This document shows, piece after piece, positions 27,787-43,687 of a stretch of 64,000 nucleotides of DNA. Numbering within the stretch: the first letter of the stretch is position 1; every line of letters begins with the position of its first letter. Below the pieces are notes generated by a model. It was not told the origin of the DNA. It saw only the letters and a list, made by a program, of their open reading frames with translations, and ran no database searches. The translations under genes and the position numbers were made by a program. Source of the stretch: Octopus vulgaris (Eukaryota); assembly GCA_951406725.2 (NCBI GenBank), contig OX597830.1:73904001-73968000 (forward strand), in the 5' to 3' direction.

Positions 27787-27831
27787 CAGCAGCAGCAGCA
27801 GCAGCAACAGCAGTAGTAACAGCAGCAGTAA

Positions 27832-27863
<32 letters not shown>

Positions 27864-27877
27864 GCAGCAGTAGCAGC

Positions 27878-27917
<40 letters not shown>

Positions 27918-28650
27918 CCTGAAATGCTTCTGAATAGGAATATCGAAATTTGACCGCTGAAGGTAATTTTTTTTTTCAATCCTTTTCTTTTCTTTTCTCT
28001 TTTTTTTTCTTTTTTTTTTCTCCATACAGGAATCGAACTTTCGACCCGCTGCTTTATACTAAATAGTGTAAAGAATTGGCATGCAATGATTTACGATAGA
28101 CTGACCAGTGGTTTTTCTTTGCAATTGAATATGCCAAGGAAGCTACCGATTCGTCAAGAAAATTTATTGCGCTGCCAAAATCAGAATGAGTTTTTCCTCT
28201 CAGAATTCTTGAAATATTGAGTTTTCTAATAATAGCCTAATCTATAATGTCTATAATGTTTGCGTTCTGTCGAATTTAAAGTTATAATCGGCATATTTTG
28301 GACAAGAGAGAAATGCCAGCTTTGACACTTGCTAGTTTCCTACAAATGTACAACACTTCCTCGTGCGGCTTCCTTTACTAAACAATGGACGCCATTATTC
28401 TTCAATTTCCACATGATAGCAGGTGGTGTCTGTGTGTGTGTGTGTGTGTGTACGTGCGTGCAAGTGTGTGTGTGTGCTTGTGTTGCATTCGTTATGTATT
28501 CGAACAGTGACTGATTGATACACAGAGGATCAACGGGAGATGATATATAATTAGCTCTTCCATTGGCTGTCAGCCAGACATTGTTGTTCTTGTTTTCTTC
28601 CTTCGTGTTCTTGCTGTCGTTGTTGTTGTTGCTGTTGTTGTTGTTGTTGC

Positions 28651-28681
<31 letters not shown>

Positions 28682-28724
28682 ATTTTGCCCCAAACCCCAT
28701 CCTGGTTGAGTATACCAACCATTT

Positions 28725-29520
28725 ATCCCTTCATTTGCTTCAGTCATTGGACTACAGCTATATAGAGGCACCGCCTTGAAGGCTTCAGTCTAACAGATCT
28801 GCCCCAGAATTTATTTTTCTTAAGACCGGTTCTTTTTCCTCGATTTTTTTTTATTTTGCTGAATCACAAAGTTACGGGGACGTAGACAAACCAACGCCGT
28901 TTGCCAATTGGTAGTTAGGAGACAATTGCCAAAAGGCATACACACATATGCAGGTGTATATATATACACGACGTGCTTCCATACATTTTCCGTCTACGAA
29001 ATACTGGTCGATAGTAAAAGGTACGGATCTTTTCGGTTTGAACGGCAGTTTTTAACATAATTTCTAGGTAACTAAAAAATTTTAAACTTCGTATACTAGT
29101 AGAATGTGTTTATAAAGCATCTTATTCTCTTGGCTTTATTGAGAAAATTCTATAGTTTGTAAGATATTTGTTGTTCTTTTTCTTCAATTTCTTCAATTTC
29201 AACCAATCACTGACGTCTATTGAGGTAAAAACATTCTGTGCCGTATGAATATGTCCCTCGTTTAAGAAAGAGATTGGGTTTATTTACATTTGTGAAGAAA
29301 AAAAACGATACCCTTCCCCCCATCCCTAACCCTAACCCTAACCCTAAAACAGATTGAAATGCAATAGATCGATACTAGGGTCATAATTATGGGTGAAAAT
29401 TTCATATGACACCGCTAGAAAAAACTGCCGTTCAAACCGAAAAGAACCAAAGGTACTTGCTCAAGATGCTGTGCAGTAATGCTGAGCCCAAAACCTATGA
29501 TTGAAATCATCCCAGCCACC
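28725..29520 (-). mobile_element. Old family A SINE interrupted by a MITE
   Basis: CAGTCATTGGACT...CACCGCCTTGAA, TTTCCGTCTAC, and ACTTGCTCAAG resuming after 29456. Confidence 0.7.
29025..29448. mobile_element. Non-autonomous DNA transposon (MITE), 424 bp, ~29-bp TIRs, 8-bp TSD; Merlin- or hAT-like
   Basis: TIRs GGATCTTTTCGGTTTGAACGGCAGTTTTT and AAAAACTGCCGTTCAAACCGAAAAGAACC; TSD AAAGGTAC at 29017-29024 and 29449-29456; (CCCTAA)4 at 29324-29347. Confidence 0.92.
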
Positions 29521-29969
29521 CGTGTACATCCCGTCTTTTGTATATATATATATTCGATCCAGTGCTTTGTATATGTTACACTACAACGTCTAATAGAGAT
29601 TGGGAACTCGTCTTTTCAGCCCATTAGTATCAGATGTAAAAAATAATTTAGCTGTTATTTCTAGCAGGTCCAACAACCATAGACGCTTCTCATAAGTTGA
29701 GTGACTTTGTAGAGAGTCTGCCTCGGTGAAAGTGGGTGCTCAATGTGTAGAATGAAATGGCGTTTTGCACGGCTAACGCCGCTGCCGCTGTCGTCTCCGT
29801 CATCGCTGCTTCTGCTACTGCGGCTGGTGACATTAATGTCGACGAAAATGACGACGATGAACAACATCATCAAAGTCACCACAATCATCATCATCATCAT
29901 CGCTATCTCCATCGTCGTCGTCATCATCATCCTCATCATCTTCAAATCCACCACCAACAAAACAACCAC

Positions 29970-30021
<52 letters not shown>

Positions 30022-30024
<3 letters not shown>

Positions 30025-30484
30025 GGCTACAGCAAATATTCTGCTCAATACCACAGATTTGCTTGTCAGTTGTTTGACCTTAACCAGTTGAGCATGTCCC
30101 TTAGTGGCTGACGATATGTGCATCTCTGATCAAGAGCAGAAGTAGTGGGGGAGCATCATAGCTATGTGTTGAGAGGGATTATTTGGGGTTTGAATAATTC
30201 ACCTCTGGAAACATGGGTGTTTCGTTCAACATCCTTAAACAACCCTTAATCAGGGACCTTTTGAGTGGGATGGGTTACCCAACCAGAAGAAAATTCTAAC
30301 TGGGCCCCACCCGCAAGGTCATGCGCTGTTTATCTTGTTATGAGATCACCATGTCGTGCACATATGGTTGTGATGAATGTGCCTGGTGTATCCTTATCAG
30401 ACGGGTAGTCATGATGGGTATACTGGGCTTCGTATATTTGTACCCCAGTGTCACTTTGATGGCATGCACTGCTCTCTCACTCAG
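30022..30484 (+). mobile_element. (TAA)n-flanked non-coding repeat (~460 bp)
   Basis: (AAT)n on both sides; homologues at 22365-22838 and 7722-7848. Confidence 0.87.
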
Positions 30485-30625
30485 TAATAATAATAATAAT
30501 CCTTTCTACTATAGGCACAAGGTCTGAAATTTTGGGAAAAGAGACTAGTCGATTACATCCACCCCAGTGTTTCAGTGGTACTTAATTTGTCGACCCCGAA
30601 AGGATGAAAGGCAAAGTCGACCTCA

Positions 30626-30684
<59 letters not shown>

Positions 30685-31792
30685 TAAACACCCACAATTG
30701 CCATCATCATCATCATCCTCATCATCATCAACATCACGTCGATGATGTCCCTTCTGTAAACTGATGCTGAATTTCATGGCGTCGGAAATATATTTCATCT
30801 GCCATTCATATAAGAGAGCAGATAGCCTATTGCGAAATAGAACGACCTTCTGATATTATATAGAGTCGGAGATGAAGATGAAAGAGCGAACAGAGGCTGG
30901 TTGGTTGATTGGATGGGATGAAATGATTATGATGATGATGATGATGATGATGCAAGACATTGAATGGGATTCGATTCGGATACAAGCGAGGAGTTTTGGT
31001 TACCGTTGAGTAGTTTAGAGAGAGAGAGAGAGATCTGACTGGATATGGTAAGGAAAATAAGCATGGGAAAATATAGATATAAAAAAGGAATGTAAGAATG
31101 TAAGAATGTAAGAATGTAAGAATGTAAGAATGTAAGAATGAAAGAGTAACTAAAATAAAACAAATAAATGAATGAATGGATGGATGGATGGATGGAGAGA
31201 GGAAAATGAATGGATGAAAGGAGGGAGAGAGGCAGGAACATGAATGGATGAGGGGATGGAAGTATGGATGGAAGAATGGATAGATGGATGGATGGATGGA
31301 TGACGGAAGTGTGAGAAAGAGGAAAAATGAATGGATGGATTGCTGGAATGATGAACGGATGGATGGAAAGAAGAATAGAAGAATGGATATTTGGAGGAAT
31401 ATTTGGATTGATGGATGGATGGATGGATGGATGGATGGAAGAAGGGAGAAATGGAAAAGCAGATGAATGAATGAATGAATCTCATGAATGGTAAAGGATA
31501 AAAAAGAAGGAACTAATGAAAGAAGAAGGGGAAGAAAACAGCGGAAATTATGATTCACTTTTGAGTTATTTACGTGTCCTTTAACATCTCCAGACAAGGG
31601 ATCGAACAGAAAGTTGTCCTTTTTTTATTTCATATATTTTATGTGGTTATGTATTTAAGATCCACTGTGAAATTAGGATCCCTTACACAGACACATACAG
31701 GCAAACACGCAAACACATATACATATACACACATGCAACTGCAGCCATGCATGTATTTATAATTCTCAATATAACTAGATTCTCGTCTGTAT

Positions 31793-32287
<495 letters not shown>

Positions 32288-32611
32288 TTGAGTTCCTTTG
32301 TGTTTTAATCTTTCATTATTATTCGTACAGAATATGAATTATTCATATAGGTGTAGCCTCGTTTCTAGTACAAAGAGAATGTTACATATTCGATCTTTCA
32401 GCAACAACAACAATATGAACAATGTCAACGAACTTACACATCGAATTTTGAAACATGTTCTAGATATTTATTGTTTCACTTACAGGTCATATTTGCAAAG
32501 TGCGTGTGTACCAAAACCAAAGGAGTAGGAAGCAAATTTCGTCATTTTTAAAAAACATACATACATACATATATATATATATATGTATATATATATAATG
32601 TGTGTGTATTG

Positions 32612-32902
32612 GTGCAGGCGCTGTAAGAAGCTTGCTTCTCAACCATATGGTTCCAGGATCAGTCCCTTTGCGTGATACCTTGGGCAAGTGTCTCCTACTA
32701 TAACGTCGGGCCGACCGAAACCATGTGAGTGGATCTGGTAGGCAAAAACTGAAAGACGTCCGCCGTGTATGTATGTATATATATATATGTATATACATAT
32801 ATATGTATATATATATATACACATATATACGACGGGCTATATATATAGATATACACATATATATATATATACACACTTATATACGACGGGCTATATATAT
32901 GG

Positions 32903-32942
<40 letters not shown>

Positions 32943-33302
32943 TAATAAATAAAATATATGCATACATACAAACATATATGTACGTACCGACATCTACATG
33001 TATATATACATGCATATATAAATATATATATACGTACAGGACATATTATATTAAATTAGAGACAAAACCACTATATATATGTGTGTGCCTTTGTATCTGT
33101 GTTCTTGGCCCCATCACCGCAGACAACCGGTGTTGGTGTTTTTACGTCCCCGTAATATAGCTGTTCGGCGAAAAGGGCCGGTAGAATAAGTACCAGGCTG
33201 AACGAATAAGTCCTGGTTTCTGCTTGTTCGACTGAAACCTTCCAAGGCTGTGCTCCAGAGCAGCCGCAGCAGCCGAATCACTGAAACAAGTAGAAGAATA
33301 AA
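32612..33302 (+). mobile_element. Older family A SINE with an expanded internal TA region
   Basis: Head at 32612-32766, tail at 33085-33302. Confidence 0.8.
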
Positions 33303-34163
33303 AGCAAAATAAGATGATCACAATTAGAAGGCCTTTCTTTGATCGTAGACTTGGAAGATCAAGGCTGACTTGCAAATGAAAATTTTTGTTTTAAAAATCA
33401 TTAACAACTGCAGTAACAGCGACAACAGCCGCGTCAGCAGCAGCAGCAACAACAACAACAATAACAATATCGAAACAGTCAGTTACCAGATCGTACATGA
33501 CAGATCATTGATGATTGCTTCGATAAGGTTAACTACCGCAGAAGGGAGGTTTATAATTATGAGACCGGCACTAGAGTGTGTCAATAACCAACGCTCTTTG
33601 ATTTCAAATGTCAATCTGAATGGGCATCACGGAATGATATTGCTGTTTAACCCTCACGTCAGGCTTCATCATGTGGATCTATGATCAAAGGCGGTCCGGC
33701 TGTGACCATCCAGTTATTTCTCGATGTCCAGTGATTGCATTCCGCAACGTACGCTCATTTTATTAGCGCATTTTAAGGGGTCTGTGGTTTCATTGACTTG
33801 CATGTTGAGCGTAGAAACGCCTTCCTTTTAACGAGGTTTGTATATGTGTAATATGGCTGCAGAAGAGGTTGTAAGCCGTGGAAACATGCAGAGTAACAAG
33901 ACATTGGACAGGATTAAATAGGAAAATAGAGAAAAAAAAAACCCAAAAAGACATGCATACACCCCCCCCCATACTTAGGTTATATGCATATATGCACGTA
34001 TGCACTATGTATTATATATGCGTGTATGCATGCATGCATGTATATGTGTAAATGTGTGTTTGCGTGCGCGTGTGTATGTGTGTGTGTTTGCGTGTGTGTA
34101 TGTGTATGAATTTGTTAGATGTGTCGATGTAATGTATATATACATACATCCATACATACACGC

Positions 34164-34201
<38 letters not shown>

Positions 34202-35195
34202 TGTTATATCGCCGCTTCCAACAAACAACATTTACCCTTCTAAGCTGTCATCATCGTTGTCGTTGTCATTGTCCTCGTCATCATCATCGTCATCGTCATC
34301 GTCATCAGTATCATTTTTCTCTCGGTCTTCTTCTTCTTCTTCTTCTTCTTCTTCTTCTTCTTCTTCTTCTTCTTCTTCTTCTTCTTCCCTATTCCTTTCT
34401 CTCTCTCTCTCACTCTCTCTCTCTCTTTTTTTTTTTCTCTCTCTCTCTCTGTTTGTCTGTCACTATTTCTCTTTTCACCTTATCTCTTACCCCCCACCTC
34501 TCTTCATATTCGTACGTTTATCACTCGTCTCCTAATTTACTAAGCAATCACACACACATAACACACACGCACACAAACACAAACACACACATACACACAT
34601 ACTCTTACTCATACACACACACACACTTTCTCTCTCTCTCACTTTCTCTGACACACACACACACACACTCACACATCCCACATACACACACATATAAGAT
34701 GAACACAAGCACAAAGATGTAATTTCCATGTCACACCTCCTAGAAAATTTTATTTTATCTCACCTCTTATTCGCCCTGGGACCATGGGATACCCTCCTCT
34801 CCTTTCCTTATCTTACCCTTAACTCTCCACGCCCATGATCACTACCCATTTTCTTCATCAATTTTGCCCTGAAATTTGGTCCCACGTCTTTCTCCCTACC
34901 ATCACCACCTCCACCACCACCTGACTCACTCGCTACCCCGGTGTGTATGCTTCTATATAAGCGTGTATGCACACATGTACGCGTGTATATATCCCTCTCT
35001 CACTTTCTCTCTCTCTCTCTCTCATTCTATACACACACACACATATATGGATGCATGTATATCCCAGTGGATATATATATATATATATATATATATAGGC
35101 GTATGTATGTATGTATGTATGTATGTATGTATGTATGTATGTATGTATGTATGTATGTGTGTATGTATGTATGTATGCATGATTGTATGTGTATG

Positions 35196-35230
<35 letters not shown>

Positions 35231-36097
35231 GTTCTCATATCTATACTCATGTATTTCATGCTTGATATTTTGTAAGAACTTGTGTGTGTGTGACTGTGTG
35301 TGTGTGTGACTGTGTGTGTGTGTGACTGTGTGTGTGTGGTTGGTTGTATGTCTGTGTATACATATATATGTGTGTATATATTTGTATGTACATATGTCAT
35401 GTGTAGTTATTATTTTTATGTATACATGATTATATATGTATACATATATATATATGTATGTGTATGTGTTTGTATGTATGTATATATGTATCTCTCTCTC
35501 TCTCTCTCTCTCTCAATATATATATATATATGTATATATTTATCTTCCCCTCTTTCTCCCCTTCTTTTTATCCTTCGTCCTGCCTTCCCCTCTTTCTCCT
35601 TCCGTCTCCCTCTCACCCTCCTCTCTCTCTCTCTCTGTTGCTATATCCTTCTCTGCTCCCTACCCTTTCCATCGAACTGCCACCTGCCTAATTCTCATAG
35701 AAAATATTTACTATCCTTTAACGGAGGTGGAGCATAAATGAAAATTGAAGTTAAAAAGAAACAGCAGCGGCTGCGATGGCGACGGCGGTGGCGCTGGTGG
35801 TGGAAACCCAGGGTGTCAAAATACGAGAATTGTTTGTCATTTAAGGTGTCAAAACATTTGAAAAATAGAATCTTTCAAATTAACAAAGAAATCAATGAAT
35901 GGTGAAAATGTCGTTTCTTTATTATTTTTTACTATAAATCGCTTTAAACATGCACCTACCACATACGCGCGAATAGATACGTATGCATGTATATATATAT
36001 TTATGTCTGTATGTGTGTGTGTGTGTGTGGTGTGTATCTGTGTGTGGTGAGTATGTGAATGTGTGTGTGGTATGTATGTTGTCTGTGCGTGTTTGCT

Positions 36098-36128
<31 letters not shown>

Positions 36129-36144
36129 GTTTTTAATTAAGTAT

Positions 36145-36175
<31 letters not shown>

Positions 36176-36177
36176 AT

Positions 36178-36215
<38 letters not shown>

Positions 36216-36299
36216 TAGGATATCTATCTATCTCTCTCTATATATATATATATATGCGCATGATACCTATATATATATATATATATATGATATATACAG

Positions 36300-36330
<31 letters not shown>

Positions 36331-36423
36331 CATACATACATTTATACATACATACATACATACATACATACATACACAGTGAGAGAGGTGGGGATAGGAA
36401 TACAGTGACAGACTCTATCTTTC

Positions 36424-36497
36424 AGTGCGCATGCGCAGTGAATGCGTGTCGTCTGTAAAAGAGAATTTCAAGCTGTCTGTTCTTCTGATTGGCCAGA
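36424..36497. promoter_or_regulatory. Possible promoter-like island: NRF1/Ewg motif TGCGCATGCGCA and CCAAT box (CTGATTGG)
   Basis: Motif match only, in non-repetitive sequence. Confidence 0.3.
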
Positions 36498-36645
36498 TTT
36501 TTAAGACGTTAAAGATATCACCTCCCTCTCCCTTATTCATAGCACTTGTGTTCAATTTAAATGAATGAATGTGTGTGGTTGTACATATGTGTGCAAATGT
36601 GTGTGTGTGTGTGTGTGTGTGTGTGTTGTGTATGTGTGTGTGTGC

Positions 36646-36687
<42 letters not shown>

Positions 36688-37337
36688 ATTATTGTATGTG
36701 TTTGGTGTCTGCGTGTGTCTGAAATCTGAAATTGTCGCTATTGATCTCCAGATCAGGCATGATCGCTCTAATCTAAGCTTTAAAGAGTACCAGCCGTGAC
36801 CATCACCTTTTTTTTTTTTTTTTTTACTTCTTCTTTATTCATATTCAATGAATGTAAAAGTACATGTGGCCTTCCAACTTTTCTTTTTCTGTATTCGGTG
36901 TGGGGCGTCGCAGAAAAAAGTTCATAGAAACGTAACTTTTGTGTTTTTCTTTCTTTTAGAAGTTTCACTCATTGGTTTCCGGCTGGTGTACCGCCTTGAA
37001 ATCGGCGCCCAGTACTTCTTTCATATCTACCTTTACTGAATTATGGACATAAACAAACTATCACCGAGTGACAAAGTTTCAGAAAAGAAGACAGAGGCAT
37101 CCACATATATGCACATAGATATGCGTTAGGCACCCACACAGACATCCACACATACATATGCATACACTTCGAAACGGACATACACATTAACGTTTGATAT
37201 AAACTTATAAGCATATAGATATTTGAAGGTTACATTTAAGGATTGGTCAATAAATTTTAGTACTTTAGGACGCAAGAGGTCCTTGTGAGTTTGAGGGGAG
37301 GGGTATTTGAAAGGGAGAGATCACGTGCGAGCGTGTG

Positions 37338-37383
<46 letters not shown>

Positions 37384-37503
37384 TGCTTCCCAATTACATG
37401 GTTGGGGTCCGGTCCCACTGCGTGGCACCTTGGGTAAGTATCTCCTACTATAACAAAGCTTTGTTAGTGGATTTTGTTGACGGAAACTGAAGGAAGCCTA
37501 TCC

Positions 37504-37539
<36 letters not shown>

Positions 37540-38110
37540 AATGTAATTGTAATCACCGCCATCGCCATCATCATCATCCTCATCATCATCACTATTATCA
37601 TCACGACCACCGCCAGCATCTTCATCATCATCATCATCAATAACAACAAAAAATCGATGACTGATGAAATAAAAGAACTAGATATTTCAGTGCTATAGTC
37701 TTATAATCATATCCTTTAATTCTTCGACATTGGCAGCTGCTGGAATCGTTAGCACCTCGATCAAAAATATTTAGCTGCATTTTTCTTCCTGTACTTTACG
37801 GCCAGTGTTCAAATTTAGCTGCGGTTAAAATAAATACCAACTGAGCAGAGGCGCCAACGTAATCCACTTTCTTACTCTCCTAAAATTGCTGGCTATGTGC
37901 CAAAAATTTTGAGACATTATGATGTGGGGAATAAATACAGTCGTTAGCACGCTGGAGAAAATGGTTCGAGGGTATTTTCTTCCAGTTTTATCTTCTGAGA
38001 TAAAAACTTGCTTCGCCCTTCATCCGTTTGGGTCGATAAAATGGTTACCTATTGAGTACCGAGGTTGTTGTGCCAATAGCTGAAATTAGTTTTGTCATTG
38101 TTGTTGTTGC

Positions 38111-38179
<69 letters not shown>

Positions 38180-38968
38180 CTGCATTGGTATACTCTTGGG
38201 TTTCCAGCAGCTGCGGTTGTGGCTGTCAAACCAAGGTGTAAAAGGATGGCCTTGTCTAAATCTCCGTACGTACCACAGCAACCTAACGATGTATCACACC
38301 TTTTGGAACTGACGGATATTAGTGTGAGAGCATTCCAGTAAGAATTGTCTTCACAAATGAAACAGACAGGAGAACATAACAAATATTGTCCCCCTGGGAC
38401 AGAAACCGCCACGTGAGCATGTGTGTGTGTGTGTGCGTGCGTGTGGTGTATGCGTGTGTGTGTTGTTGTAAGGGTTGGAGCAAAGAAAGGCGAAGAGAAA
38501 GGAATTATTTTTGAATTAGAATAGATGTCAGCTCTCTTGCAGATGGGAAATATTTTAACAAATTCGCGATAAAAAGGAAAAAAAAAAACGAAGCCAGTAG
38601 GACAATACATCAAAGTTTAACCCATGCTGTTGTGATGGTCCCATAACGTACTCTGGGTCATGGAAGTAACGGTAGAAATATTTCGCTTTTTTTTTTTTTT
38701 TTTCTAGGTTGTCGATGGCAAGCGAGTTCGTTTATTTGTGTCTGGATGAGAAGTGAGCTCATATATTAGTAATATGTCGACTGAACATCGAACTATATGC
38801 TTTTGTAGTGTATATATGATGAAGTCAACCCGAGGTTGTAATATGCTTGCGACGGAAATGCACTGCATAAGACTAGCATGTTTATCAAGTCATTCTACCA
38901 ATTTATACACACACACTCACACACACACAATTGCACACACATGCATGATTGTAAGTATGTATGTATGC

Positions 38969-39001
<33 letters not shown>

Positions 39002-39062
39002 TGTATGTATGTATGTATGTATGTATGTATTATGTATGTATTATGTATGTATTATGTATGTG

Positions 39063-39446
39063 TGGAGGCGCAATGGCCCAGTGGTTAGGGCAGCGGACTC
39101 GCGGTCATAGGATCGCGGTTTCGATTCCCAGACCGGGCGTTGTGAGTGTTTATTGAGCGAAAACACCTAAAAGCTCCACGAGGCTCCGGCAGGGGGTGGT
39201 GGTGATCCCTGCTGTACTCTTTCACCACAACTTTCTCTCACTCTTACTTCCTGTTTCTGTTGTACCTGTATTTCAAAGGGCCGGCCTTGTCACTCTCTGT
39301 ATCACGCTGAATATCCCCGAGAACTGCGTTAAGGGTACACGTGTCTGTGGAGTGCTCAGCCACTTACACGTTAATTTCACGAGCAGGCTGTTCCGTTGAT
39401 CGGATCAACCGGAACCCTCGTCGTCGTAACCGACGGAGTGCTTCCA
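39063..39446 (+). mobile_element. SINE family B, full length, inserted in (TATG)n
   Basis: A box TGGCCCAGTGG and B box GGTTTCGATTCCC; near-identical to 18499-18886. Confidence 0.93.
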
Positions 39447-41195
39447 CCCATCCATGTATGTATGTATTATGTATGTATGTATGTATGTATATACTTATGT
39501 ATGTATGTACTTATGTATGTATGTATTATGTATGTATGTATGTATAAATTGCTTATTCTCCTATCATTTGTAAGCATATTTTCTAGAATGAATGTGCTCG
39601 ATTGTAATAAACAAACAAGCAATACTCGGAGTTTCGGTAGCCTCATATTTATTACATATGGAACTTTAAGAAAGTCTTGCACATTTTTATCGTTCCACTT
39701 ACAGGTTCTATACATAAATATAAAATTCGTGTTTAGCCGTCTTATTCGTTACTTGACAGTTCTAGCATTCATATTAATAACTATTGATATGAATGCTAAT
39801 TTATAATCAGTGCAAAGGATCTGCAGGTCTGGAATCATTTACCAATATACATATTTGTTTTTGAGGGTTTTGGAAGAGATGTTCACAGCTGCAAAGCAAC
39901 TTACACCTTTCCACGTACATGACTTTTCTTCTCTGTTCTAAATAAATATGTCGGATCTTTGACTTTTGCATTTGGAAGAAGTTTTGATGGGAATTTTTCA
40001 CCGTTATTCTTAAGTTAGTATAGAGATCGCTAATGAGGAATTTTCGTCCAGCCTGTCAGCTAAATGCGTCAACAGTGACCTTACAGTAGATGCTATAGGA
40101 TGCTTCCAATAGTATACGCACTTTAAGTAGGTATACAATCGCTAATTTTAAACTAATAATAAATATATGTAAGTACTTATGTATGTATGTATGTATGTAT
40201 GTATGTATGTATGTATGTATGTATGTAGGTAGGTAGGTAGGTAGGTAGGTTGGTATTATTTAGAATTTTTGATCATTTTACAAAAAAATAACAAAACGTG
40301 CATATACTTACAGTAAAGTGCGAGGCTAACATTCTTAATATAGAGAACAAAAGAATGAATGTTTACTAAAAGTATAACAATAATACTTTCTACTGGAGGT
40401 ACAAGGACTCAAATTTGCCCGGGCTTGTGCCTTGGAGGGTAACTTTCTAGGTGCAATTCCATGGTTATTCGTGAGTGAATGGGGGTCTTTACTCTTTTTA
40501 CTCTCTGTCTATATATATCAATATGTATGTATGTGTGTGTGAGCAAGAGTGTATGTGTACGTTTGAGTTTGTATATGGAGAGAGGGAAAAAGAGAAAGAG
40601 AGAGATAGACAAGCAGAGAGAGAGAAAGAGAGAGGGAGAGGCAGACAGACAAGGACAGATAGTCAGACAGAGGTTGTTCATTACGCATAGAGCTTTTTAA
40701 TCGCCGATCAGCGCTGATCAAACAGATTATAATCCAATATTCCAACAGTGACCATTGTTGCCTTTTATGTCAGAAATAGTGTAACAAAGAACGACCTTGT
40801 CTATTGTGTTGTTTTCTTTTCTTTACGACATTGATGTAGAACCGAAAAAGCAATTTGACTGTTATTTCTAGAAGATCGAACAAATCCGTAAAAACCTCCA
40901 GCGTTGACTCATAGACAGTAGCTATTGGAAGGAAGAAGTAATGGAGAAAAGAGCAAAGGACAAGCGATACAGACGTAGAAGATGAAAGTGAGAAGATAAG
41001 AAGAATTAAAGAGGGTAACTGCATATGTGAAGAAGTCAGAAAAGGTTAATGATGGCCGAGTGTTGTAGTAGATTGGCGAGGTGGTGGTGAACGACAGAGG
41101 TTACGTTCAAAAGAGAGAAAGAGATGAGGGGCTTTAGTGAAGCAGAGTAAAGCTGGTGACAGAGACAGAGAGATAAGTAATAGAATTGTAGTAGT

Positions 41196-41288
<93 letters not shown>

Positions 41289-41369
41289 TGCAGCTTGTTA
41301 CTGTTCATTAGACCCAAGATTGACTAGAGACTGCTGACTCGTGTAAACTTTCTCTCTTCTTTGTGTCTG

Positions 41370-41416
<47 letters not shown>

Positions 41417-41449
41417 CTCCATCTATCTATCTACCTATCTACCTATCTA

Positions 41450-41490
<41 letters not shown>

Positions 41491-41597
41491 GTGTCTGTCT
41501 GTCTCTCTGTATATATGTGTGTGTGTCTCTGTGTGTCTGTGCGTTTGTGTAAGTATGTATACGTATATATACCCACACACGCACACACACTTATATT

Positions 41598-41632
<35 letters not shown>

Positions 41633-41844
41633 TCACTAATATACATATATGTGTATACTTACAGACACCCCCACCCCCACACACGCATATATATACTCAT
41701 ATATATTATATCACTAGATAGATTGGTAGATAGATAATAGATAGATAGATATGTATGTATGTATCTATCTATCTCTATCTCTCTCTATTATATATATATA
41801 TATATGAATGTATTTATGTATATATGTATGTATGTATGTATGTA

Positions 41845-41894
<50 letters not shown>

Positions 41895-41991
41895 TAAATA
41901 AGTAAATGGGTGGAAATCGAAACGATGCGTGTGTTAATTAATAAGGCATTAAAACAGGATGACTTTCACTAGACACAACAATATATAAATG

Positions 41992-42580
41992 CAGGCTCAC
42001 CTTGCCCTACGTCGTTAATTCGTTCCAGAAGGCACGAACTTAAGTCGAATTAACTTGTCCTTAGGCCGAATTTATTTGTCTCTAGGCTAAACTGATAATA
42101 ACCATGCCTAGTTCTGTACTTCACTTATGAATGCAATTTCAATAATACATGGTTAATAAAAACCATGGGTGCTAAAATCTTGTCCTTATTATGTACAATT
42201 GTCGATACAGTTGTCCGATTCAGCCTAAAAGATCGTGCAATTGCTACCACTTTTCCATCTTTTTCATGGCGTTTTATCATGACCACTTTATCTTCCAGCG
42301 TTATAGGCTTCCTATGGTTCTCCTTAAACACTCGGTTCAAACCTGGCTGAAGTGAAATTTGTATTCATAATTTCAGAGCCGCTGGACATGATACCAGCCC
42401 GGTGTTCATGCAACCGTTAGTCTCCACAGCTGTCACAAATTGGTGTTTCACTTGTTCAAGGGTGAGGCGAATTGAAAAGGGTGGCGAGAATACTGACAGG
42501 CTTCTCGCGACCGCTTTGGACTCTTCGAAAGCTATTAACGAAACGTGATGCGTGCTCATACCGAGTCATTATCGATTGTG
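41992..42580 (-). mobile_element. pogo/Tigger-like DNA transposon deletion derivative
   Basis: ORF 42125-42340 RKPITLEDKVVMIKRHEKDGKVVAIARSFRLNRTTVSTIVHNKDKI matches a CENP-B-type N-terminal HTH. Tigger-like terminus CAGG...CCT...TACGTCGTTAATTCGTTCC at ~41992; the other end was not found. Confidence 0.75.
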
Positions 42581-42583
42581 ATA

Positions 42584-42632
<49 letters not shown>

Positions 42633-42780
42633 TATGAGTGTGCAAACACACACACACACACTCATATATATATAAATGTGCATGTGTGTATATCTGTATT
42701 CATATATATATATATATATACATATATAGAAAGAGAGAGAAAGAGACATATGTATACATGTCTATGTATATATATATATA

Positions 42781-43600
<820 letters not shown>

Positions 43601-43687
43601 TATATACATATATATATGTATGTATATACATGAATGTGAGAATGTGAGAAGCAGAAAATGGAATTAGCAAGAATCTTTATTCGACAC

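Noticed and set aside
29324-29347. Chromosome end or fusion scar
   Set aside because: Only 4 units, located inside a TIR/TSD-bounded transposon.
39063-39135. tRNA gene
   Set aside because: It is the head of a multi-copy SINE and lacks a proper acceptor stem; the same applies to the other SINE heads.
39904-40052. Possible minus-strand exon (CAG acceptor, GTAAGT donor; AGRKFLISDLYTNLRITVKNSHQ...)
   Set aside because: Weak polypyrimidine tract, no recognisable homology and no partner exons.
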